Part shown: positions 52,784 to 64,000 of the stretch, piece after piece | How the letters are laid out: each line of letters starts with the position of its first letter | Position numbering within the stretch: position 1 is the stretch's first letter | Source: Octopus bimaculoides | Lineage: Eukaryota | Direction: 5' to 3' | DNA length: 64,000 nucleotides | NCBI RefSeq assembly: GCF_001194135.2 | Contig: NC_068987.1 | Location: 4,005,993 to 4,069,992, forward strand | Made by a program: the position numbers and the translations under genes | The notes under the pieces: generated by a model | Told to the model about the DNA's origin: nothing | The model's input: the letters and a program-made list of their open reading frames with translations, nothing else | Databases searched by the model: none

Positions 52784-53168
52784 CAGGTGGAGGAACCAAT
52801 TTCTTTGTCTCACCGTCATCAATATTTTCGTTTGATGTCGGCTGCTGCTGCTGCTGCTGCAGTTCTTTTTGTTGTTGCTCCTGCCGTCGTTGTTGTTGTT
52901 GTTGTGTCTTTCTCCGAAGGTTTTCCGGAATGTCGTAGACGTCTTCCACGATGGGTCCGTTCGTTGGTTCCGTGTCGGTGGGACTGACTGGTCTGTAGTT
53001 GTCGTTAACGGCGCACGTGAAGTCGTTGTTGAGCAAAGGTGGAGGGCCACCGTTTTCTGGACACTGTCCGTTGGCATCAACATTGGTTTTATTGGTCACA
53101 CCGTCGTTGTTGCTCATCGGAACCATTTCGGTGGCATCGGTGATTTCGATCTTTATGTGATCCTGCAT
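52784..53168 (-). CDS. Exon of an unidentified minus-strand gene (low-complexity, polyQ-containing region: MQDHIKIEITDATEMV...VEDVYDIPENLRRKTQQQQQ...KKLVPPP)
   Basis: 128 uninterrupted, protein-like codons; donor G|gtacgt at 52783; candidate acceptors at 53169 or 53163; phase 1 end matches the 44570 exon. Confidence 0.6.
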
Positions 53169-53240
53169 CTTTAATGTGTGTGCAGGGGTGTATATATATA
53201 TATGGTTGTGTGCATTCATGTAAATGTATGTATGTATATA

Positions 53241-53290
<50 letters not shown>

Positions 53291-53977
53291 GGATGGAGAT
53301 TGTTAAAAGAGAAAAAGAGAAATTGTAAAGAATTAGAAAATTGCTGAAAATGAGAAACAGTTAAGAAAAAGAAATTGATATTAATACATACATACATACA
53401 TACATACATGCATACATACATACATACATACATACATACATACACACATTCATACACACACACACACGCACATACATACGTACATACATACATTGACCAT
53501 TTCTATACAAGAATATCCTTCTATACATGCGCACACCACCTCGCCTCCTTTTCACTTCCTAACTCCCCAACGTAAAACCACATTCCCAAGTGGTTCTTAA
53601 CCCTTTTTTCCATCCACTTTTTCCAATTTTTTCTTTGATGAAGGACTAGCGCTCGAAACGTCAAGAATATTTCCTTTGTTGTAAAGCGTTAAATTATTTA
53701 AGACATATCTACTCCATGTTGTCTTCTTTGTGTGCGTGCGTATGTGTATTCTTTTGCTTTTATTCTTTTATTTGTTTCAGTCATTTGACTGCGGCCATGC
53801 TGGAGTACTGCCTTTAGACGAACAAACCGAGCCCATGACCTATTCTTTATAAGCCTAGTATTTATTCTATCAGACTCTTTGCCGAACCGTTAAGTTAAGT
53901 GAACGTAAACACGCCAACATCGGCTGTCAATCAATGGCGGGGGAAAACACAGACAAATACATACATACATACATACA

Positions 53978-54011
<34 letters not shown>

Positions 54012-54338
54012 AATATATATNNNNNNNNNNNNNNNNNNNNNNNNNNNNNNNNNNNNNNNNNNNNNNNNNNNNNNNNNNNNNNNNNNNNNNNNNNNNNNNN
54101 NNNNNNNNNNNNNNNNNNNNNNNNNNNNNNNNNNNNNNNNNNNNNNNNNNNNNNNNNNNNNNNNNNNNNNNNNNNNNNNNNNNNNNNNNNNNNNNNNNNN
54201 NNNNNNNNNNNNNNNNNNNNNNNNNNNNNNNNNNNNNNNNNNNNNNNNNNNNNNNNNNNNNNNNNNNNNNNNNNNNNNNNNNNNNNNNNNNNNNNNNNNN
54301 NNNNNNNNNNNNNNCTAGAGAGAGAGAGCTAGAGAGGG

Positions 54339-54438
54339 AGAGAAGAAGAAGAAGAAGAAGAAGAAGAAGAAGAAGAAGAAGAAGAAGAAGAAGAAGAAGA
54401 AGAAGAAGAAGAAGAAGAAAAAGAAGAAGAAGAAGAAG
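54339..54438. repeat. (GAA)n microsatellite
   Basis: About 33 GAA units with one interruption. Confidence 0.95.
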
Positions 54439-55020
54439 AGAAACATTAAAATGTCTGATGTCAAATTACGCAGCGTCGAATCAGTAACGCCAAAGATACG
54501 GCGCCAAAACTGCTGTGTCAAGACGTCTCATACCCAACCGAAAAAGTAATGAAAAGTGTATTTAAAGAAGTCAGAAGTAATAATCCGCGTTTGTTCTCAG
54601 TGACGGCCTTTTGAGCAATCATGTGTGGTTTCCTATTTCTAATTATATTTGTGGCCGTCAGTGAATTGATTGCAACGGATTAACTTCGATATTGTTATAT
54701 CTCAATGGCGTAAAGCTAACGAGATCTTTCGCGTTGGAAGAGAAATATAAATCTTCATTTGTAGTAGTACATGCTGATATATCACCAATATATTATATTG
54801 ATCTATTCTATATCAATATAATATATTGATGTATCGTAGTCTTTCATTCTTTTACTGGTTTCAGTCATTGGGTTGCAATCATTGTGGGACACCACGTTCA
54901 AGGCTTTTTAATCGATTATATCGAAACCCGTTGTTATTTCCGCACTTATTAGTTGTCTGTTTGTTGAAGAGTAAAGAAATCCAACTCGATGCATCGATAT
55001 ATACACCAGAATTTTTAAGT

Positions 55021-55320
55021 GAAAGCGCATGGCCAAGTGGTTAGGGCGTTGCACTCACGATCTAGCGATTGTGATTTCGATTTCCGGACCGGGTGATGCG
55101 TTGTGTTCTTGAGCGAAGCACTTCATTTCACAATGCACCAGTCCACTCATCTGTAAATGGGTCACTCTGTGATGGACTAGCCTTTCGATCGGGGGGGGGG
55201 GGNNNNNNNNNNGATGGACTAGCCTTTCGATCGGGGGGGGGGGGTGACGTTGGCCAGCTCGCTTAGCCAGCGGGGTGGTGCCATCATTCGGAAGGTAAAA
55301 CGAGACAAAGCGCATTGTGA
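55021..55320 (+). mobile_element. tRNA-derived SINE spanning a 10-N gap
   Basis: GCGCATGGCCAAGTGGTTAGGGCGTT A-box-like head; GATGGACTAGCCTTTCGATCG(G)n is duplicated on both sides of the gap. Confidence 0.55.
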
Positions 55321-56087
55321 CCATCGAACTGTCTGCTCGATCACGTGATCTCGTGATATATCAGTGCAGGCATGCTTTTGCCTTTAAGAAGCTCATGGTT
55401 TTGGGTTCGGTCCATCTGCGCGACATCATGGGTGAGTGTCTTCTACTCTAGTCCCAAGCCGACCAATGTCATCTGAGTGAAACTGTGTGAAAGCCCACCA
55501 AATATATATATGTCACAAAACTCCCAAAACTAGAAACCCTTAAGTGTCATCCTAGCCTAGTAAGATTCCCAATGAAGACGATCACGCAATATCAATATAT
55601 GTAATCACATTACACCATAAACTCTTAAACAAGTTCAACCTTACAAGAATGAAGGACAACTCAGAAGAACGCGACCCAACATAAAAGATTCACAGACAGC
55701 AAGAATATCAAAAATATATTCCCATCGTCAGCTGCCAAACGGATATCACTATGTTTTTGACACCCTGCCGTATCATTCAATCAGGTATTTTCAAGTTGAC
55801 AATGTTTTTTCTTAGGATGTGGGCAGTACTCACGAGAATAACTTTTCTGTAGTTCAGATGTAATTCAGGAGTTTCCTGGTATTTGGCAACAGTATTAAAG
55901 AGTACTTTTTGGTATTATCCTCAAAGCACCCACGATCACAGACACAGCTAATGTTCTTAGATGCCACATTTTAAAACCACTACAAGGTCCTTATTTTACT
56001 TAAATTTTTTAATGTTTTCGTAGAAGTGTTGCAGTCTGCTGGGATTGACATGTGTTTTGTTTACACGACTCATCATCATCATCGTCG

Positions 56088-56130
<43 letters not shown>

Positions 56131-56501
56131 TGTTATTACCTCCGCCTGTGTGAAGGCAGAGGTATTGTTTTCAATCATGTTTGTTCGTTTGTTTGTCTGT
56201 GGAGACAAGATATCTCAAGAATCGCTGGGTGGATTCAGATGAAACTTTCAGGGATGTTTGACCTCGTGACTGGCACGAACTGATTAGATTTTGGGATCGA
56301 TCCAGTATTGGACAAGGATTCTGGATTATTTTTCCGTTTTTTTACTTAATTTTTTTGAGTGGTCGGGTTCACTTTTAGCATTCTCGTTTGTGAGAGCAGT
56401 CGAGTTTATTTCAGATATTCTCATTTTAAAAATCATCTCCGGCTAATCGTTCAGAGGACGTTGGTGTTGCCTTGGCGGAGGTTTGCGCTCTCTGAGTGCT
56501 C

Positions 56502-56504
<3 letters not shown>

Positions 56505-56578
<74 letters not shown>
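56505..56578. repeat. (TTA)n microsatellite
   Basis: Directly visible. Confidence 0.95.
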
Positions 56579-56940
56579 GAGTGAGAGAGCAGCGCATGCC
56601 ATCAAAGTGATACTAGGGCAAAATATACGAAGTCCAGTACACCCATCATGACCACCTATCTGATAAGAGTACACCGGGAACATTCAACACAACTATATGT
56701 GCGTGACAATATATATATATATATATGTATATGTTTCCCAACCACATGGTTTTGGGTTCAGACCCACTGCGTGGCACCTTGGACAAGTATCTCCTACTAT
56801 AGCCCTGGGCCAATCAAAGCCGTATGAGTGGATTTGGTTGCCAGAAACTGAAAGAAGCCCGTCGTGTTTATATATATACATATGTGTGTGTGAGTGTGTC
56901 TGCCTGTCTTTCTGCATTTGTGCTTGCGTTTCCACCCCTA

Positions 56941-56951
56941 CTATCTATCTT

Positions 56952-57026
<75 letters not shown>

Positions 57027-57066
57027 ATCTATCTATCTATCTANNNNNNNNNNTCTATCTATCTAT

Positions 57067-57140
<74 letters not shown>
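56941..57140. repeat. Compound (TATC)n-(CT)n-(AT)n microsatellite with a 10-N gap
   Basis: Directly visible. Confidence 0.93.
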
Positions 57141-57142
<2 letters not shown>

Positions 57143-57776
57143 GTAATAGTCATGACTGCCCATAACATAATATACGTGTGTATAGCATACATACAAACAT
57201 ACATACATGCATACTTACATATGCACACACACATAGCATAAAACGAAAGCATAAAACAACAATTTATTTAGCTTACATGTGTTTCGAATAGCCTAGCACA
57301 ACACAAGCACAGCAAATTTCGGTATGCATGTTTAATCGATTAAATTGCAACAGATGCAAAGCACATATCTGCCAAACTAGTCTTTTTTTATAAGCTAGAA
57401 TGCTTCTGTTAAATTTTGTATATATTATCATAATGTAGAAGTGGTTTACAACTAATAAATGCCAGACTGCTGTCTCTATTTATTGTCCATAAACCGTTTC
57501 ATAGTCAAGGACGGTATTTTTTTTTATCAGATATTCTTAGTTTAATGACAACTAGTTGTTGTATGCATCTTGTCACGATAGAATTGTAATGTAATCTGTG
57601 ATGTCGTTAAGTGCGATTTGATAATAGAAAACAGAATGAATTTACTAAAGCAATAAAAGAAAATTGGTATCTGATAACAATAATGTAGAATTATTTGCTT
57701 TTGATCGTTGAGAAATTATATGAAGTAAAATTATATTACATAAAATAAATCAAAAGTAATAAAAAATATACCTTAT

Positions 57777-57828
<52 letters not shown>

Positions 57829-58004
57829 ACACACGTAGTGTATAGTGTATAAATGCAAACATATACATACGCAAGTACTTATATGCTTATACACTGAAGC
57901 CTGTATCTATCTGTATATATTTACACTCACAGAACAACGCATATGTATGTATGTATATATATATGTCAGTGTGTTTGACTTCTCTATCTGTCTTTGTCTA
58001 TCAA

Positions 58005-58072
<68 letters not shown>

Positions 58073-58497
58073 CATATGTATATATATAAAATATCATTAA
58101 GATTCCGTTGAATTAGGTACTTAAATGAGTAACAAAGATGTACAGGTGTTTATTCATTACGGCCGTTTCAAGCGGCTCCTCTAACTGATTAATGAAAACA
58201 TTACTTCAATTTGAAAGAAACCGTTTTCGTCAGGTGACTGTATAGACTTCAAGCATAATGATATAACTATTTTTAAAAAACATTTGACCCTAGATTGTTT
58301 ATTATTATCACAATATGGATTAACTAATTTCTTTGCTTCAAAGTTTCTCAATTAGTAGGCACGGCGTTTCGACCCGATATGGTCTCCTTATTGACGAAGA
58401 TCCGAACATTGTGAGTTAAGCCCAAAATATTTGTTCTATTACATACATACATACAAATTCACAGATAGACAAACAGACCCACAATAACGCACGCACG

Positions 58498-58549
<52 letters not shown>

Positions 58550-58683
58550 AGTGATTGAACAAACGATAGTAGCACTCAAAAACCTTTGGTAGATTACATA
58601 TATTTCAACTGCTTCTACCATCTGATGAGATGGACGTGCCCTCCGCGCCCACGAAACTTTTAGTAATGGGGAACTGAGTGAAA

Positions 58684-58719
<36 letters not shown>

Positions 58720-59183
58720 TATATATGTTACACATTGTTTTTCTGTTCTTTACTGAATCGACACATTCTACGCTTAGATCAACATTTATTTATAATCCAT
58801 TCCTCTGACGTCATTCAACTTGATTCCGCATTTACTGGTTTCAAACTTGTGTTAATTATCTCCCTTCAATTACTATTACATAAATACAGCCTATTTGACT
58901 GCTCCAATTACTCCATTTTTTTTTCGCTTTTTCTTATCACTGACAATGATGATACATTAAGTTAATAATTAGACTGTCAGCAAGAGAATGGGTTCTGCTA
59001 TTGTTCTTTCATAACCTTATAATGTTAGATACCAGAATTAACTGCAAACCATTGTCATTTTAGTTTACCTTATTTTATTTTTTTAATTTTCTAATTTTGT
59101 ACTTTCCGGAAATGGATTACAAACGGATGTTGATCTAGGTATAGAATATGTCTAAATAACAGAACGAGCACAGAAAAAGAATC

Positions 59184-59442
59184 GTGTGTGTGTGTGTGTG
59201 TGTGATATATATGTATATATATATTTATATACATATGTGTGTGTGCGTATATGTGCGTGTGTGTGTGCATCTGTGTATGTGTGCATGTGTGTGTGTATGT
59301 ATATACATATTTTGCATATATATATTATATATATATATGTACATATATATACATATACATATATATACATACATATATGTATGTGTGTATATAATACATA
59401 CATCTAGATATACATATATGTATGTATATGTATATATATGTA

Positions 59443-59477
<35 letters not shown>

Positions 59478-59610
59478 GTATGTATATGTGTGTGTGTATG
59501 CGTATATATATAAATACACACACACATACACACGCACATACACATATATAGACATACAAATGTGTGTGTGTCTCAGTGTATGTATGTATGTACGTATGTA
59601 TGTATGCGTG
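59184..59610. repeat. Degenerate (TG/TA/CA)n low-complexity tract
   Basis: Directly visible; similar tracts at 39220-39470, 39640-39940, 53190-53490 and 63680-64000. Confidence 0.9.
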
Positions 59611-60515
59611 CGGGACGGGTAACGATGCCTACTAACTCATCGTCTTTTTTCTTCTTGTTTCAAAGAAGCAGACGACAACTAAACGGTAATAAACCAACTT
59701 GAAATCGAGGCTGATTCTCGTCTAGGACGGGGAAGTTGTTTTCGTCGCAAGAGACGGAAGGAAATTTAGATCCTTAAAAGAGACAAGGAGACAATGGATA
59801 AGAACCGAAGTGCTTTCAACCTCCTTATACCCCTTATTATCTCTAAACACTTTATTTTGTTCTTCATTTTATTCTTTAGTTTGTTTGGCACTTTCTTCCT
59901 TATAATCTATTATAATCTATTACAATCTATTATAATTTATTATAATTTATTATAATCTAACCATTAAGATAGAATAGTAATTTATAGTTGGCCTGACCCT
60001 TTTCTTTTGTTTATTTTTTAAATTTATATATTTTTTAATATGTTTTAGTCATTAGACTGCGGCCATGCTGCAGCACCACCTTGATGAATTTTACTCGAAC
60101 AAATTGACCCCAGTACCTTTTTCTTAAAGCATAATATTTATTCTATCGGTATTAAGTTGGTGTTTGGAAGTTGAATTTACATGAAATTTTGATAAAACGT
60201 TTTTAGATCATTCTACAACAAGAAACTTGTATCACAGAATCTTGGACGGTCGCAGGAAAACCAAACAGGGAAACCCAAAAGTGGGGTTTGAAACTGGTGT
60301 AAAATGGCGACTGTAGGGAAGACTTGTTGAAAGATGAAAGCCGAGGAATTCGCCGTTCTGGGAGTACTGATTAGTTAGGAAATAATGGGTGATGAGCACA
60401 AAAGGGGGATGAGAAAAGAGAGACAAATGTGCACGTACCAGTTGAACACTGGGATCAATATAATCGACTATACACCCCCCACCAAATTTCAGGCCTTGTG
60501 CCTTTAGTAGAAAGG

Positions 60516-60566
<51 letters not shown>

Positions 60567-61793
60567 GGCACAGCAGATTAGACTTGGAAATTCCTAACCA
60601 TAAATGCAAAAAAACCTCCTAACCATTTAATTGCTACCCTTGTGGCAAAATTTGAAACCATTATTATTATTATATTATTATTATTATTCATGTTGTTGTT
60701 TTCGTTTGCCCTTGCTCATTCCCGATCGACCAACGCGAGACTCAAAGATATTTACTTCAATCTACATGGCCATCGAAGCCATTATATTTTATCCTTTTTA
60801 ATGACGATATGTTTTCATTTAGGAGGGATTTTGATTCTATTTCTAGCAAGGCAAGCACCTACATGTATGCTTTCTCATTGGTTCACCATTTTTAGTTATA
60901 TTTTATGCAACTGTAGAAGCAAAATGGCTGAGGTTATTCACGCTGTTCAATTCAATATAAGATTATAACTGCTTTAAGTATTCCTCCGAGGAAGACTTAA
61001 TTCTCTTTGCATTGGTTCTTTCAATTGTCGTATATAGATTACGAATTTCTCATGCTATCACCTAACATTCTATCCCCTGACAACTTTGACATTTTATATC
61101 GCCTAATATGACGGAATGTACATGTATTTTTAACAGTTGAATTTGTTTCTTTCCATACATTAATAGCGAAAGGGATTAGGAAGAAATAAAAACGGGGCTG
61201 CAAGCAAGAAAGACACAATAACATGCAAACATAGAGATGAACAAAGGTTTTGAGACAATGAGTGTTAGTTGGAACAAAGACAGAAAGTTTTGACATGAAA
61301 TTGGCTGCGGAATATTTTTTATTGACAATGTAGCACATTACATAACACAAGACATCACATGACATATGAAATTTGAAAACAAAAATAGAAATCAAATAAT
61401 TAAAACAACACAAAACAGATGGTAATATTGAAAGGACAGGTAGGAGAAAAGCATTGGCAAGCAAAATGACATAACAATGGAGCATTAGATTCCAATAATG
61501 ATTGTCGAAGCAATTAGGATTGTCGAAAATTGGATCAATTTGGTGTTAGATCATCTTTGATGTCTTAAAACATATATAATAATAATAATAATATTTAGAA
61601 AATAGTTCGCTATTCTTTGATCTTTAAAGGAGTATGTTCGAAGTAAATTTATCCAAAATTTGTTTTGTATAATGAAGTATTTCTTTTTTTCGGTGTAAAA
61701 TTTAAATGCAGTGATTATATATAGTTACATTTTGAGTTCTTTATAAAAATAGTTGTTTTTGATGAGTGAATAGCAATTTATCAAATGATGCTT

Positions 61794-61831
<38 letters not shown>

Positions 61832-63685
61832 ACGATAGGAACATAAAGATGAATAAGATTTTTACCAAATAAAATATGGACGACATATTTGAATCACATA
61901 ACACTAACAACAACGATAACAATAATAACGATGACGACGACGCTGGACTGGATGAAGAGAGAAGAAAGACTAGGAGTGGCTGAGAGGGTTAGGGTGGAGA
62001 GAAGCGAGAGAGGGAGAGAAAAAGGGAGAGAGGGGGATGCAGCGGGGGGAGAAACATAAGAAAAAGAAATAAAGGGAGAGAAGGAAAGAAACAAACTGTA
62101 ATATTGGTTTCAAATTTTAGCAGAAGACGAGCAATATCGGGGAAGCGGGTAAATCAATCACATCGACCCCCAATGTTCAACTGGTACTTGTTTTGTCGAC
62201 CCCGGAAGGAGGAAAGGCAAAGTCGACCTCNNNNNNNNNNNNNNNNNNNNNNNNNNNNNNNNNNNNNNNNNNNNNNNNNNNNNNNNNNNNNNNNNNNNNN
62301 NNNNNNNNNNNNNNNNNNNNNNNNNNNNNNNNNNNNNNNNNNNNNNNNNNNNNNNNNNNNNNNNNNNNNNNNNNNNNNNNNNNNNNNNNNNNNNNNNNNN
62401 NNNNNNNNNNNNNNNNNNNNNNNNNNNNNNNNNNNNNNNNNNNNNNNNNNNNNNNNNNNNNNNNNNNNNNNNNNNNNNNNNNNNNNNNNNNNNNNNNNNN
62501 NNNNNNNNNNNNNNNNNNNNNNNNNNNNNNNNNNNNNNNNNNNNNNNNNNNNNNNNNNNNNNNNNNNNNNNNNNNNNNNNNNNNNNNNNNNNNNNNNNNN
62601 NNNNNNNNNNNNNNNNNNNNNNNNNNNNNNNNNNNNNNNNNNNNNNNNNNNNNNNNNNNNNNNNNNNNNNNNNNNNNNNNNNNNNNNNNNNNNNNNNNNN
62701 NNNNNNNNNNNNNNNNNNNNNNNNNNNNNNNNNNNNNNNNNNNNNNNNNNNNNNNNNNNNNNNNNNNNNNNNNNNNNNNNNNNNNNNNNNNNNNNNNNNN
62801 NNNNNNNNNNNNNNNNNNNNNNNNNNNNNNNNNNNNNNNNNNNNNNNNNNNNNNNNNNNNNNNNNNNNNNNNNNNNNNNNNNNNNNNNNTGCGACATCTG
62901 CCCTGAATCCCTCTTCTCTACCTACAGTGAATGATCTATCATGTATGTATGTATGTATGTATGTATGTATGTATGTATGCATGCATGTATGTACGTACGT
63001 ACGTACGTATGCTATTCAGTTTTATTTCAAGATTTTTTTGGGCCAATAGAGAAAGCGCCGGTTTCTAACCTAGATTCAAGGTTCCTTCAGTGGAATTTCA
63101 ATTACATCAACAGGGTATCCGTGTATGTTTGTGGGTATGTGTGCAGGATTTGGAGTCAGTGCATGTGAAAATTTACATGTATTCTCATGCACATAATTAC
63201 ATGTCTAGACATGCGCATATATACCCAACTGCTAAACTTCTGATTTGTATTTATCTATATATGCATGGCTGTGTATATATGTGTATATATGCATGTATTT
63301 CTGTATGTTTGCTAGCATTTAGTTTTATTTCTAGACTTCTTGACAGCAGAGAAAAAAGCCGGTTTCTAATCTGATCCAACACCGTACTTCTCCGTTCACG
63401 CAGACGATTTGTAAAAAAACATAACTGGTCCGGCTATATAACGTTTGTGCGAGATGAATAATGATTAATTGATGAACTGATCGATTGACATTGATCATGC
63501 AATCTCAGATCTATATGGATTAAGGTGGATAAAAGAATTGTGGGGTATTCGTGCTTTTCCCTTGAGTATTAATAAGGCAAATAGAACCTGGTTCTCCAAA
63601 ATAAAATGGAAAGCAGCTCACCGAGAAAGTTCTGGAATTTCAAGCAATTTTTTCATTGACATGATGGATGTAAATATGGATATTA

Positions 63686-63717
<32 letters not shown>

Positions 63718-63959
63718 GTACATGTGAGTGTGTATACGTGTGTGGGTCTATTTGTGCGCAGATACGTGCGTGTGTGTGTATGTGCATATGTATGTATGCG
63801 TGCATGTGTGTGCGTGTGAATAAATGTAAATGCGTTGTAAGTGAACAAAGAAATGTGCGTGTATGTATACACATACATACAGGCAGCTATATACATATAC
63901 ATATACATACAGACATATATATGAATATATGATACATACTGTATATATATATTTATGTA

Positions 63960-64000
<41 letters not shown>

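Noticed and set aside
52532-53083. 183-aa alternative-frame ORF with a Gly run and a hydrophobic tail
   Set aside because: Overlaps the better exon frame and extends past the gtacgt donor into (GGT)n and (GAT)n low-complexity intron sequence.
44368-53168. Hypothesis that the convergent gene is MAPK8IP1 (extending the human synteny)
   Set aside because: The predicted C-terminus lacks the SH3/PTB domains and the terminal DIYLE-type motif of JIP1.
54440-54530. QQFWRRIFGVTDSTLRNLTSDIL peptide on - / MSDVKLRSVES... on +
   Set aside because: Short, closed by nearby stops, weak splice sites, no family recognised.
55170-55245. Direct repeat GATGGACTAGCCTTTCGATCG(G)n
   Set aside because: Flanks a 10-N gap at a poly-G run; most likely an unmerged contig overlap.
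58345-58395. GACC...GGTC-GAAAC hairpin on - as another hammerhead
   Set aside because: The CUGANGA core is not recognisable upstream of the stem.

Overview
AT-rich, microsatellite- and SINE-dense eukaryotic DNA with ten N-gaps. The repeat families look cephalopod (Octopus-like); that attribution is inference. Almost all ORFs in the supplied track are repeat or gap artefacts. Hand-splicing recovers: (1) a complete 10-exon PEX16 gene on + (24334-39190, 342 aa) with a textbook U12-type minor intron at 34837-36053; (2) the 5' part of a LARGE xylosyl/glucuronyltransferase gene on - (coding exons 1834-1927, 923-1037, 91-229, continuing left of the window), whose putative first exon lies about 165 nt from the PEX16 ATG, a head-to-head pair like human PEX16/LARGE2; (3) two phase-compatible 3' exons of an unidentified minus-strand gene (52784-53168, 44368-44570); (4) an intronless, disrupted geminin-like pseudogene (about 48911-49340); (5) five hammerhead-ribozyme-like motifs of the Penelope-associated type, plus SINEs, TTAA-flanked and hAT-type MITEs and a 182-bp foldback. 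Nothing here demonstrates a wholly new system. The most notable leads are the conserved divergent gene pair, a possible splice switch between an N-terminal extension and a uORF in LARGE, the minor intron and the intronic hammerhead motifs.
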